DNA of 64,000 nt from a bacterium. GTDB lineage: Bacteria; Patescibacteriota; Dojkabacteria; B142; OLB20. The first letter of the stretch is position 1. Each line of letters opens with the position of its first letter. The stretch lies in the NCBI GenBank assembly GCA_037138855.1, contig JBAXHO010000001.1, forward strand, positions 6,105-70,104. Reading direction: 5' to 3'. A program made the position numbers and the translations under genes. The notes beneath the pieces are model-generated. The model saw only the letters and a list, made by a program, of their open reading frames with translations. It did not search any database and was not told the DNA's origin. Shown here piece after piece: positions 19,101 to 28,444 of the stretch.

Positions 19101-22100
19101 AGGGAGGTATGCTACTAATTCATATTAAGAAAGATAATTTAAATTTTGATACAACTCCTAATGTTCAGCTACAGCGTTGGATAACAGGAAATTTTAATGT
19201 AGAAGTAGATATGCTCCAATGGCAAACACCATTACCATTAGATAAGAAAGATACAGCAGTGGCTGCATTCCAAATTGTAGATAATACAGGATATGTCAGA
19301 AAAATTTGGTTTGAAGCAGCAACTTTATCAGATGGGGTAACAATTGATCCGAATAATTATCTATTAGCTTCTGATTCATATAAATTTAAAATTTTAGTAC
19401 CAAGATATGGTTCGGTACGATTGAAGGCAATTAAAACAGGTGAAGAAATCTCATATTTTTATACGGTTTTAAATCGTAACGATGGTAGTACGACTACAGG
19501 TTTTATTGGAAAAGATACTGGAGTGAAGGGAGTAAATGTTATGCCAATAATGAAGATGTCATCACCTCTAGCAAATACTTTTGAATTTGATAATTTCACT
19601 TTAAATTGTGATCAGGCAGTACCGGTATGTACATCATTTCAAAATATGTGGATAGAAGGATGTCAGAGTTGGAATGCAGCAGATCCAACGGCAAATGCTA
19701 GCTGTATCACAAACAATGCAAATGTTCAGATTCATTTAAACTCTCCTAATGCCAGTCAAATGCAGTTCTATGAAAAAACTGCAAACCTAAATATACCATG
19801 TAGTGCGCTTGATCCTGGTACATTTCCTCCAGAACAATATTATTCTTCAACACAAAATATTACATTATCATCGACACCAGGAGAGAAGCAGGTATGTGTA
19901 CGATTAACTAATAGTAATGGGTCAAGCCAATGCGGAGGAAAGATCTGGTTCCAACCATCAATTACACCTACAATTTCTACAATACCATCACCAACTCCGA
20001 CACCTCAAGGGGCACCGCAGTGTACATCTTTTGTGAATATGTGGTTGGAGAATTGTAAAACTAATCAGATGACAGGTCCAGCTTGTACAATTAATACAAA
20101 CAAATTAAATATCAATTTAGCTGTACCCAATATTACAGCTGGATCGATGATGAGTTTTTATGAGAGAACGGCAGCAGATGATCCCAAGGCTCTATGTAGT
20201 TCCTTTGATCCAAATAAATTTTCTACACCAGTTGATTATGCTACTCAGGTAAAAGATTACCAATTACAAGCTACAACTGGACAAGTGAAGGTCTGTGTTC
20301 GTTTAGTGAATGGTAGTGGTGCTGCTAGTCAGTGCGGTGGTGGTATTAATATTGTAGAACCTGTGTATCGAATTCTTCAAACTGCTGTAAATACAAATGT
20401 TACACTATCAGGAATTACTCTGCAGGGAGGTAGGGCAGATGGAGTTGGAGGAGCAACTATGGGTGGAGCTATAGCTAACTATGGAATTATGAATTTGAAT
20501 AATTCTATTTTAACAAATAACTCTGCGGTTTCTTCAGGAGGTGCAATATACAACGAAGGTATGCTTAGGATAAACGCTTCAAGAATATTTGCAAATACTA
20601 CTAAAGGGACTGGAATTGGTGGTGGAGGAGCAATTTATAACAATGGTACTCAATTAAACATTAGCACTTCAGCGCTAAATAGTAATCAATCTGGATCTGC
20701 CGGAGGAGGTGCGATTCTTTCTCGAGGTAGTGAGGTAAATATTTTAAAAAGTTCCTTCAAAGATAATATTACTACTGGTTCTGGAGGTGCTCTGAATTTC
20801 TTCAATGATCATGCCAGTATTCTGAAAAACATCATTATTAACTCTACATTTGCAGATAACTCTGTGCAATCAGGAGAAATCTATTCTAATGCAAGTTATC
20901 AATATAGTTTAGTGACAAATATTTCATTTTCAACTTTTACTTCAAAGAGTTCTGGGTCAAATACACTAGGAACAACATTGTTTGCAACTGGAAAGTCGGA
21001 AATGTTTATTAAAAATAACATTATCGCTGATAATCGTACAACTCAATGCAATTCACCTTTATTGATCGATAGTTCTGGAGGTAATGTGGTCTTAGATAGA
21101 TCATGTTTACAAGATCCAAATAATTTGAATGGCGATATTATTCAAAATCCAAAATTACAAGTTGAGGCTTCAAATGTAAATTATTATTCAGTTGCATATC
21201 CTATTGATCTTACTAGTCCAGCTGTTGATGCTGTTAAGGATTGTATGGATCTCGATATTACAACAATTGTCGAAGATCAGTGGGGTAGAGTAAGACCAAA
21301 TGGTAGTCTTTGTGACAGTGGTGCTTATGAATTTCTAATGGATGTGACACCTACTATTTCCACAATACCTTCACCAACCCCAACTCCAGTGGGAGCACCA
21401 GCATGTACATCTTTTGTAAACATGTGGATTGAGAATTGTAATGATAGTCAGGTTCCTGCTGGTCTTTGTACGGTATATAAAAATCATGTAACAATTCATT
21501 TGAATACGACAAATGCTAGTATGATGAGTTTTTATGAAAGGACGGCAGCAGATGATGTCAATGCGTTATGTAGTTCATTTGATCCTACTAAATTTTCGCC
21601 ACGAGTAAATTATGCTTCACAAGTAGATAATTTTCTATTGCATGCAACACCAGGGAAAGTAAAGGTATGTGTACGATTTGAGAATAGTAATGGAGCAGCG
21701 AGTCAGTGTGGTGGAGTGATTATTCTTGGAGATGCAATACCTACAGTGACACCATCCGTTACTCCTGTGCAGCCAAGTAATACTGTGATGCCATCAGCTA
21801 CAGCTGGGGTACAAAATAGTAATACACCGACACCAATTCGACCATCAAATACTGCTTCTGTCCCGACTAATACGAGGCCAGTGGTATATTACAGCGCGAC
21901 ACCTAGACCAACAACAAATGGCATAGTGACACCGACTATAACCGGTACAATTACCATAACTCCCAGTGGTTCGATTACAGTTACTCCGACAATAAAAGTA
22001 ACTGTCACTAATACTGGTACAGTGACACCTACAACAACGAATGGCGGTGGAATTTTAGGAAACTTTGATTTTGGTACATTTTTCTCCGACTTATTAAGTG

Positions 22101-22240
22101 GTAAGGCTTCACCATGGGGTTATCTTGGAGTAGCGCTTTGTTGCTTGTTCTGGTTGATATTGCTCTTATTATTAGTAGGATTGTTACGTCGCAGAAAAGA
22201 TGAAAATGGTGCCAATGCCATGTTTACTAATCAGATTTAG
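16199..22240 (+). CDS. 2013-aa surface protein: N-terminal TM, LPNTG, CARDB-like domain, six Cys-rich modules, two beta-helix/choice-of-anchor-Q-like regions, Thr/Pro stalk, C-terminal TM
   Basis: VNEANENDN (CARDB-like), many GGAIY repeats, DQ..R...CDSGAYE twice, CTSFxNMW modules, C-terminal hydrophobic helix followed by RRRK. Confidence 0.9.
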   Translation: MEPQSAQSINHVAQIRKYFPIIIVTVVVLVAALAIVVVQRIRINNLPNTGTDNPIPTVPPTCDLVCADGHLDPNICSCVPDVTSIISTNTPILIMGNYLLKSMSVSLDQATGNNVITYKVQNDGTAEIAGNSFQNTYWINPVPEPSSINNIQPTQSLFQAKILTSQRLSAGTSGLGTISINNSSIPAGVYKLCMWYDSSKAVNEANENDNILCSQVTLAIPEAPACTSFTNMWINDCNSTGLLGTPQCATTSDKATIHYNSNAASMKFLDATSMPGILCSAIPDSTFTGQSQIYDANNPTINWTLTPGFGLKKICVRFENSAGSSKCGGTINYTGVTPVVTNTAIPVSPPQCTSFQNMWIEGCQSWNAADPTANASCITNNTNVQINLNSSNATTMRFYEKTANLDIACSALDPGAFPVVFQSYYPTHNITLSSTPGEKQVCVSLGNSAGSSQCGGKIWFQPSITPTISTIPSPTPTPQGAPECTSFVNMWLENCKTNQMTGPDCTINTNKLNINLAVPNITAGSKMSFYEKTAADDPKVLCNSIDPNKFSTPVDYATQVKDYQLQATTGQVKVCVRLVNSSGAASQCGGGINIVEPVYRILKVESGAVVTLSGLTLMGGRADIGAAIENFSFLEINNSIIANNIADVYGGGIYNEGYLSVRNSIFHANSIGNTNGAGGAIYSRNTNGGSYLQNSLTISKTMFEGNIAGTGGGGAIYSEDTPVMISRSSFKLNLAPSGGALYLTAIRSNDILNRIDNSTFASNTSMYGVINNTGSSKHVRLDLMFSTFVSDLPSSANNFTLYSGTNSEINFRNNILAAKGATQCNSIPNSLGGNVIIDSSCTVLPVSNNDIVGTQVNPLLSAEQTIPGNKTVFFSIDQSSPAFNNAINCTGTPIDQLEQTRPQGSACDSGAYEFPIPVTTTVTPTPATVAMTCSEGFTDDFGRFMIDSSRWKVNIADSLKTSVEINAQGGMLLIHIKKDNLNFDTTPNVQLQRWITGNFNVEVDMLQWQTPLPLDKKDTAVAAFQIVDNTGYVRKIWFEAATLSDGVTIDPNNYLLASDSYKFKILVPRYGSVRLKAIKTGEEISYFYTVLNRNDGSTTTGFIGKDTGVKGVNVMPIMKMSSPLANTFEFDNFTLNCDQAVPVCTSFQNMWIEGCQSWNAADPTANASCITNNANVQIHLNSPNASQMQFYEKTANLNIPCSALDPGTFPPEQYYSSTQNITLSSTPGEKQVCVRLTNSNGSSQCGGKIWFQPSITPTISTIPSPTPTPQGAPQCTSFVNMWLENCKTNQMTGPACTINTNKLNINLAVPNITAGSMMSFYERTAADDPKALCSSFDPNKFSTPVDYATQVKDYQLQATTGQVKVCVRLVNGSGAASQCGGGINIVEPVYRILQTAVNTNVTLSGITLQGGRADGVGGATMGGAIANYGIMNLNNSILTNNSAVSSGGAIYNEGMLRINASRIFANTTKGTGIGGGGAIYNNGTQLNISTSALNSNQSGSAGGGAILSRGSEVNILKSSFKDNITTGSGGALNFFNDHASILKNIIINSTFADNSVQSGEIYSNASYQYSLVTNISFSTFTSKSSGSNTLGTTLFATGKSEMFIKNNIIADNRTTQCNSPLLIDSSGGNVVLDRSCLQDPNNLNGDIIQNPKLQVEASNVNYYSVAYPIDLTSPAVDAVKDCMDLDITTIVEDQWGRVRPNGSLCDSGAYEFLMDVTPTISTIPSPTPTPVGAPACTSFVNMWIENCNDSQVPAGLCTVYKNHVTIHLNTTNASMMSFYERTAADDVNALCSSFDPTKFSPRVNYASQVDNFLLHATPGKVKVCVRFENSNGAASQCGGVIILGDAIPTVTPSVTPVQPSNTVMPSATAGVQNSNTPTPIRPSNTASVPTNTRPVVYYSATPRPTTNGIVTPTITGTITITPSGSITVTPTIKVTVTNTGTVTPTTTNGGGILGNFDFGTFFSDLLSGKASPWGYLGVALCCLFWLILLLLLVGLLRRRKDENGANAMFTNQI
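17252..18000 (+). repeat. About 750-bp intragenic duplication, copy 1
   Basis: Long near-identical DNA stretches shared with 19628-20372. Confidence 0.9.
19628..20372 (+). repeat. About 750-bp intragenic duplication, copy 2
   Basis: Matches 17252-18000 (CTSFQNMW...VEPVYRIL). Confidence 0.9.
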
Positions 22241-22283
22241 CAAAGAGAAAAGAATATAGGAATCAAAGAATAGAAAGCGTTAT

Positions 22284-22325
22284 AAAGTCCTCGGTAATCA
22301 ATTGTAAGATTACCGAGGACTTTTT
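22284..22325 (+). terminator. Intrinsic terminator
   Basis: AAAGTCCTCGGTAATC-loop-GATTACCGAGGACTTTTT. Confidence 0.9.
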
Positions 22326-22365
22326 GTAAGTAGTTAAGATTATGCAGCTGGTAATTAATAAATAA

Positions 22366-22394
22366 TTGACAGAATGAAATCCTTTAGTTATAGT
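22366..22394 (+). promoter_or_regulatory. Sigma70 promoter of the cys leader
   Basis: TTGACA (22366-71)-17 nt-TATAGT (22389-94); predicted +1 near 22401. Confidence 0.8.
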
Positions 22395-22400
22395 TGCTTT

Positions 22401-22457
22401 ATGGTTTACTTAATTAATACATTCAATTCTTGTTGTTGTCCACACTTAGTGGACTAG
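22401..22457 (+). CDS. Cys-sensing leader peptide MVYLINTFNSCCCPHLVD
   Basis: 18-codon ORF with TGT TGT TGT (22431-39) directly upstream of cysteine synthase. Confidence 0.85.
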   Translation: MVYLINTFNSCCCPHLVD

Positions 22458-22485
22458 AATTGTATTAAATAATTATTCAATTTAT

Positions 22486-22518
22486 AGCTAGTCCTTTAAA
22501 TAAGACTAGCTTTTTTTT
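22486..22518 (+). terminator. Attenuator terminator
   Basis: AGCTAGTC-CTTTAAATAA-GACTAGCT followed by a T run; left arm is also complementary to GGACTAG at the end of the leader ORF. Confidence 0.85.
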
Positions 22519-22539
22519 ATCTATTAAATTTTAAAAATT

Positions 22540-23433
22540 ATGCAGAATTCTAAATTAGTTGTTGCTGAAAATATTTTTGAGTTAATTGGGAATACCCCGT
22601 TGCTTAGGATTCCTCTAGAACAATCAGAAATAAAGCTTTATGCCAAGCTGGAAGGGCAGAATATCGGTGGTTCGGTAAAAGACCGTGCTGCATATTCGAT
22701 GATTGTGGAAGCTGAAAAAAGAGGTGAATTAACAAAAGAAATGGAAATTATTGAAGCGACCAGTGGTAATACTGGTATTGCTTTAGCGATGATAGCAGCT
22801 GTCAAAGGCTATAAAATCACTATTGTGATGTCAGAAGCGATGAGTGTCGAGCGACGCAAAATGATTCAATTATATGGAGCCAATTTAATTTTAACTCCGG
22901 CAGCATTAGGTACTGGTGGAGCGATAACAAAAGTTCATGAAATGATGGCAGCTCAACCAGGTAAATACTGGCATGCTAATCAACATGATAATCCGGATAA
23001 TGCTTTGATTCATTACAATACCACTGCTATGGAAATTCTAGAACAACTTCCTGATGTCACACACATTTTCGCCGGTATCGGTACTTTTGGAACTGTACGA
23101 GGTATATCTAAACGTTTTAGAGAAGAGAAACGAGCTATCAAAATTATCGGAATTGAACCTTTTGCAGGTATACCAATTCAGGGATTACGCAATATGTCTG
23201 AAATAAATCCTCCGCAACTATTTGATAAGAATTTTTTAGATGAGATAATCAACGTTGATGCTCAATTTGCTAAACCACGTTTGGAAGAATTAGCTAGAAA
23301 GTCTGGATTATTTGTTGGATTTAGTTCCGCAGCAATTTATCATGGTGCATTAACTTATTTAAAAAATGTTGATTCAGCCACGGCAGTAATGATTTTTCCA
23401 GATAAAGGTGAAAAGTATCTGAGTATGATATAA
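22540..23433 (+). CDS. cysM: Cysteine synthase (CysK/CysM family)
   Basis: IGNTPL, AKLEGQNIGGSVKDR (PLP Lys), EATSGNTG, GIGTFGT, IQGL. Confidence 0.93.
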   Translation: MQNSKLVVAENIFELIGNTPLLRIPLEQSEIKLYAKLEGQNIGGSVKDRAAYSMIVEAEKRGELTKEMEIIEATSGNTGIALAMIAAVKGYKITIVMSEAMSVERRKMIQLYGANLILTPAALGTGGAITKVHEMMAAQPGKYWHANQHDNPDNALIHYNTTAMEILEQLPDVTHIFAGIGTFGTVRGISKRFREEKRAIKIIGIEPFAGIPIQGLRNMSEINPPQLFDKNFLDEIINVDAQFAKPRLEELARKSGLFVGFSSAAIYHGALTYLKNVDSATAVMIFPDKGEKYLSMI

Positions 23434-23689
23434 AATGGAAGTTGGAGAATCGTATATCGCATTTCGCATATCGGAAAGGAGAAAGAAAATTTAGGAATTT
23501 GAGAATCTAAGAATCTAAGAATTAGTGAAGACGTAGTGCAAATTTTGAATAGTACTATAGATTGTATTCAATAGACAGACATTAGTTATTAGGAAGATAG
23601 TTGATTTATATATTTTTTTAACTAATATCTTTTAACTTTTAGCTATTATCTATTAATTCCAGCTATATTTATACATTAATTAAATCATC

Positions 23690-25129
23690 ATGCTGAAGGT
23701 TTACAACACACTTACCAAGCAAAAACAGGAGTTTATTCCCATCGAACCTAAAAAGGTAATGTTTTATCATTGTGGTCCGACAGTTTACTGGGTACAACAT
23801 ATCGGGAATCTTCGCGGTATGATCTGTGCTGATTTAATTCGTCGCTCTTTGATTTACATGGGTTATGAAGTTAAATTTGTTCGTAATTATACCGACGTTG
23901 GGCATCTGACTGGTGATAACATCGGAGATGCAGATACTGGTGAAGATCGCATGGAAAAAGCTGCGAAACGAGAAGGATTGGATCCAGACAAAATTGCCAA
24001 TAAATATATTGAACTTTTTAATATTGACTTGGAGAAGTTGAATATTCTGCAGCCAACTTATACACCAAGGGCGACAGAATTTATCCAGCAAATGATAGAT
24101 TTAGTGCAGGTTTTACTGGATAAAGGTTTTGCCTACGCCACACCTAAGGCAATTTATTTCGATGTTACTAAAAAAGCAGACTACAATAAATTAAATCGGC
24201 AAAATCTTGAGGAAAATCGTCAAGGTTCTGGCACCGGAGATGTAAGTGATCCAGCTAAAAAGCATCCCTTTGATTTTGCTTTATGGTTTTTCAAAACTGG
24301 AGTGCATAGTAATGCTTTGCAAACCTGGGAGTCACCGTTTAGTTCAACTGAAGTTGAAAAGGGACGAGGGTTTCCTGGCTGGCATATCGAGTGTAGTGCA
24401 ATGTCCAGCTCTCTCTTAGCCGATACGATTGATTTACATATGGGTGGTATTGAGCATATTGCGATTCATCACACCAATGAAATTGCTCAAAGCGAATCTG
24501 CCAGTGGCAAGGAATTTGTCCATTACTGGCTGCACAACGAGCATTTAACTGTAGATGATCAGAAGATGTCAAAGTCACTTGGTAATGTATATGCAGTTTC
24601 CGATATTGAAGCTAAGGGTTATGATCCACTTGCCTTACGTTATTTTTTCTTGCAAGCGCATTACCGTTCTAAGCAAAACTTCACCTGGGAAGCACTGGAT
24701 GCAGCCAAGCAAGCCTTTTCCAAACTGAAAAAAGAGGTTCTAAACTGGAAAAAAGCTGAAAGTAGCTCAAATACAGCCGAAAATGAGGTGGAAACCCTAA
24801 AAAATGAGTTTCTAAGGGCTCTGGAAGATGATTTTAATATTCCTCAAGCACTTGCAGTGGTTTGGAAAACCAATAATTTTAAAGCCCTGTCTGATCAGGA
24901 AAAATTAAATTTGGTTTTGGACTTTGATAAAGTATTAGGTTTGAAATTAAGTGAAGTGAAGGAAAATCAGGTAGAGATACCAGAAGCTGTGAAAAAATTA
25001 CTTGAGGAAAGACAACTTGCCAGGGTAAATAAAGACTGGGCAAAATCAGATCAAATTCGTGAACAGATTAAAAAGGAATTCGGGATGTTGGTTGAGGATA
25101 GTGGTGAAGGACAGAAGATTATCGGTTAA
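23690..25129 (+). CDS. cysS: Cysteine--tRNA ligase
   Basis: CGPTVY..HIGN, PGWHIECSAM, HHTNEIAQSE, KMSKSLGN. Confidence 0.98.
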   Translation: MLKVYNTLTKQKQEFIPIEPKKVMFYHCGPTVYWVQHIGNLRGMICADLIRRSLIYMGYEVKFVRNYTDVGHLTGDNIGDADTGEDRMEKAAKREGLDPDKIANKYIELFNIDLEKLNILQPTYTPRATEFIQQMIDLVQVLLDKGFAYATPKAIYFDVTKKADYNKLNRQNLEENRQGSGTGDVSDPAKKHPFDFALWFFKTGVHSNALQTWESPFSSTEVEKGRGFPGWHIECSAMSSSLLADTIDLHMGGIEHIAIHHTNEIAQSESASGKEFVHYWLHNEHLTVDDQKMSKSLGNVYAVSDIEAKGYDPLALRYFFLQAHYRSKQNFTWEALDAAKQAFSKLKKEVLNWKKAESSSNTAENEVETLKNEFLRALEDDFNIPQALAVVWKTNNFKALSDQEKLNLVLDFDKVLGLKLSEVKENQVEIPEAVKKLLEERQLARVNKDWAKSDQIREQIKKEFGMLVEDSGEGQKIIG

Positions 25130-25159
25130 TTACCGAAAATTATCATTATCATAATTTCC

Positions 25160-27612
25160 TCACTTAAATTTTTTTAAGATGAGATAAATAATAATACCGC
25201 CAATACATAATGTTCCAAAAGCTCCAATCATATAAATAATAGGTGAAATTGAGCTATTTGATAATTTGATAGTTAATGTTTTTTGGGAAACTGCAGCACC
25301 TAGCACAATAGATTGAATGTATTCTTTATTATTGATTGTGATGACTACTTTATAGGTTCCATTTGGAATATTTTCAATTTGAATAAAGCCCTTATCGTCG
25401 GTTATGTAATCTCTATCATTCAAATTGACTTTTACATTTGTAGCAGGTTTTCCATTGGGGCTAATCACTTGTATCTTGAACATTTCTGCTGTTGCTTGTT
25501 CATTTGAAAAAATCATTGTAGGGATAAGAATATATTCGGTCGTAGGAGTTATTGTGGGTGGTATGGTTAAGACAATGGTTGGAATTGATGAAGGTTTCAA
25601 AGTAAATGTTAAACGTGATGTTGGAATTTTGGTATTAACAACAATAGGCGTAGCGTATGGACCTGTAATGGAGTGTTTGTAGGTACATTTGTAGTAACTA
25701 GAATAGTTGTATTAGTAGGTAAGATTGTAGCAGTGGTAATTGGAGTAGTTGTACTAGTAGGTAAGATTGTAGCAGTGGTAATTGGAATGATTGTACTAGC
25801 AGGTGTGCTTGTAGGTATGAGAGTTGAAACTGGTGTATTGGTTGGAGAGTTGGTTGAAGTTGGGACAGCTGTAGCAAATGGAGTAGGAGTAGGTGTGTCA
25901 GTCAGAGTGGGTGTTGGCGTTGGGCTGGGATTTTCCTGGTAAGCACCGATATTTGTCCCGTCATTAGCACTAGAAATGATTGGAGAGCCAATGTTCGGTG
26001 TACTGCATAAAATAACTCTATCTCTCAGTTGCTCAATCGGCAGAGCCAATAATTGCGCTCTGCTACACTGGCTTTCATCAGAAATTGTAGGATTGGTATC
26101 CATAAATTTAGAATGAAACTCATATGCCTGCTGTTCGTTATACGGGTCATTGTTTAGGCATTTGATAGCAAGAGAACCCAACCGCACTACACAGGTAGTA
26201 CTATCAGTTTTCGTTTTCGGATAGTATGCATTAAAATCGCTCTCAGCAGGTAAATAACCAGCATATGAATAAACATGATATTCACCTCTTGTAATGCCTG
26301 AGCCAGAGACTCTCCTAGCGCCTATCATCAAGTTATTCATTATTACATTTTCGATCCCAGGATAAGAAAGTGATTTTATACTGGTGTATTCACTAACATT
26401 TCCTGAAGTCTCACTGATACCAACAATAGTATTATTCTTTATGATATTTGCTGCAGATCTTTCAGTTATACTAATTCCATTGGCATTGTAAGTAAACTGC
26501 GCCCAGGAATAAAGATAATTATGGTGAATATTGTTTTCATAAGATGCCATATATGTTGGAACACTTTCGGAATTTAAGTATTTGTAGGCTTCGACTCTAT
26601 CGCTACCGGGGTCAGAAGGGGATTCACTCATTACCCGAATTCCATTGTTGGGAGAACCAACTATTACATTATCAGTGATTTCGTTATTATGTCCGCGGAC
26701 ATCTATCTCGCTTCCCTCAACAAACTGCCTAGTTGCTGATATAGTATTACCACGAACAATATTATTTCTTGTATCAGGCTTGAGCTCAACTGCCTCATTC
26801 CAGGAGTTAATAATATTATTATTTTCAATTACATTGCCTTCGACCCAGGTCCGGCTAAAGCCTTGTTCCGGAGACCAACAGTTTCCCGACACCACATTGC
26901 CGGCACTACCGACATAGAAGCTTTCATCTAAATTTTCAATTGTATTATTACTAAATGTACTATTTATAGTTTTGCATATTGAAAAACCTGTATTTTGACT
27001 ACCATCATGTTCTACTATGGTAACTCCATTTTTATCGTGTCTTCCTTTAACCTCACCAATACCGAGGCTGGAATAGTATGTGCAACCGGCATATTCGCCT
27101 ATTTCACTCGGGCTACAATTACCGTCAAATCCTAAATGAATGTAGTTATTTTTTATAGTTAGATCTGAAGAGATATAAATTGGAAATCCCGAACGGGAAA
27201 TATCAACAATCTCAAAGCCATCTATAGTAATATATGATGAATTTACCAGCCTAATGCCTGAATAGCCTTTGAGAACTGGTCTTTGATCAGGATCATAAGC
27301 CTTGAGAATAATATTATTTCCGAGTGCACCATGTTTATTGACAAAAGAAGCGACTTCGCCATAGATATTATTGTCAGACTGAGTATAATTCCCGGGTATT
27401 ACAAGAATTGTATCGCCCGGAGCGCTTGTCATATCTATGCCTTTCTGTATTGTCTTGAATGGAGTCGAAATTGATAAGCCTGAATTGGAATCATCTCCGT
27501 CAGGTGCAACGTAATAAGTAGAACTGGCAAAGACCGGAACTACAAAAAGGCATAATAAAAGAAAAGCACTAATTATGGCTAATCCGTATTTCAATTTGAT
27601 AACTGAAAACAT
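25160..27612 (-). pseudogene. Secreted right-handed beta-helix protein with Thr/Pro stalk, carboxypeptidase-regulatory-like domain and C-terminal TM, split by a 1-nt frameshift near 25670
   Basis: YYVAPDGDDSNSG....PFKTIQK..PGDTI N-terminus. The 667-aa ORF leaves the Thr/Pro pattern at PTNTP|LQV while the neighbouring frame continues ITGPYATP into the 146-aa ORF. Could be a sequencing error. Confidence 0.75.
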
Positions 27613-27947
27613 TACTTTTTCAAGATTTCTAATATAATAATCATATATGTTATAAAAAGTGTTAGCAAGATTATGACTTGAAATTCTGAACCAGAAATCC
27701 AGAAACTATTTTCTGGATAATTTTTTATGGTGAAATGTAAGATATCCTGCACCAAAGAGGAAAATTCTGTAGTTCAAGCTTATGAGATTTATTTTGGTAT
27801 TGGTAAGTAATGACAGGAATTATTGCTAAATAAGATTGCTTGCGCATTTTGGTGAAGTTAATTAATTTTATTATAGTCAAATTATCTTGAGAAAGAAAGA
27901 ATTATGCATTATTTAGCGCAATAGGAGAGAATGGTTTATAATTGATT

Positions 27948-28008
27948 GGAATCTAGGAATCTAGGAATCTAGGAATCTAGGAATCTAGGAATCTAGGAAT
28001 CTAGGAAT
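27948..28008 (+). repeat. Perfect tandem repeat (GGAATCTA)x7 plus a partial unit
   Basis: Counted directly. Confidence 0.95.
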
Positions 28009-28067
28009 AAAGGATAGTTAAAAGTTAAAATTCAAAATTAAAATCTGTAAAGGAAATAAAAGAAGTT

Positions 28068-28424
28068 ATGAATATAATTACTAACTGGAAAATTAAACAG
28101 AGTATCTATTCCAGATATGATAAGGCTTATCAGGAATTATTTCAGTATTTTTTTGATAAACAAGCTCTTAGTGCTGAAAGAGCAATTCAAATTAGCCAAG
28201 TTGAGCTAAAAAAAATTGGAATTAAATTTGCCCCAGGAGATTTTTCTTGTTTTAGAGAGATTAGTCCACAAATTTATTGGTTAGATAAATTAGAATTGAA
28301 ACGTTGTGAAAGGAGACAAAAGAAAATTGTAAAAATTTCGGTAATCTTTTTAATTTCATTGATTGTGTTTATTCCTGTTTTAGGATATTGGGTGATATTA
28401 TTATATTTAGCCAATTTTTATTAA
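28068..28424 (+). CDS. Hypothetical protein with C-terminal TM helix
   Basis: 118-aa ORF with a hydrophobic C-terminus. Confidence 0.65.
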   Translation: MNIITNWKIKQSIYSRYDKAYQELFQYFFDKQALSAERAIQISQVELKKIGIKFAPGDFSCFREISPQIYWLDKLELKRCERRQKKIVKISVIFLISLIVFIPVLGYWVILLYLANFY

Positions 28425-28444
28425 TTACCAATTATTGATAAATC

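Noticed and set aside
25713-25786. 42-bp tandem duplication in the Thr/Pro stalk
   Set aside because: Ordinary low-complexity linker expansion.
27948-28008. CRISPR array
   Set aside because: Contiguous 8-mers with no spacers; no repeat-spacer array or cas gene recognised anywhere in the window.
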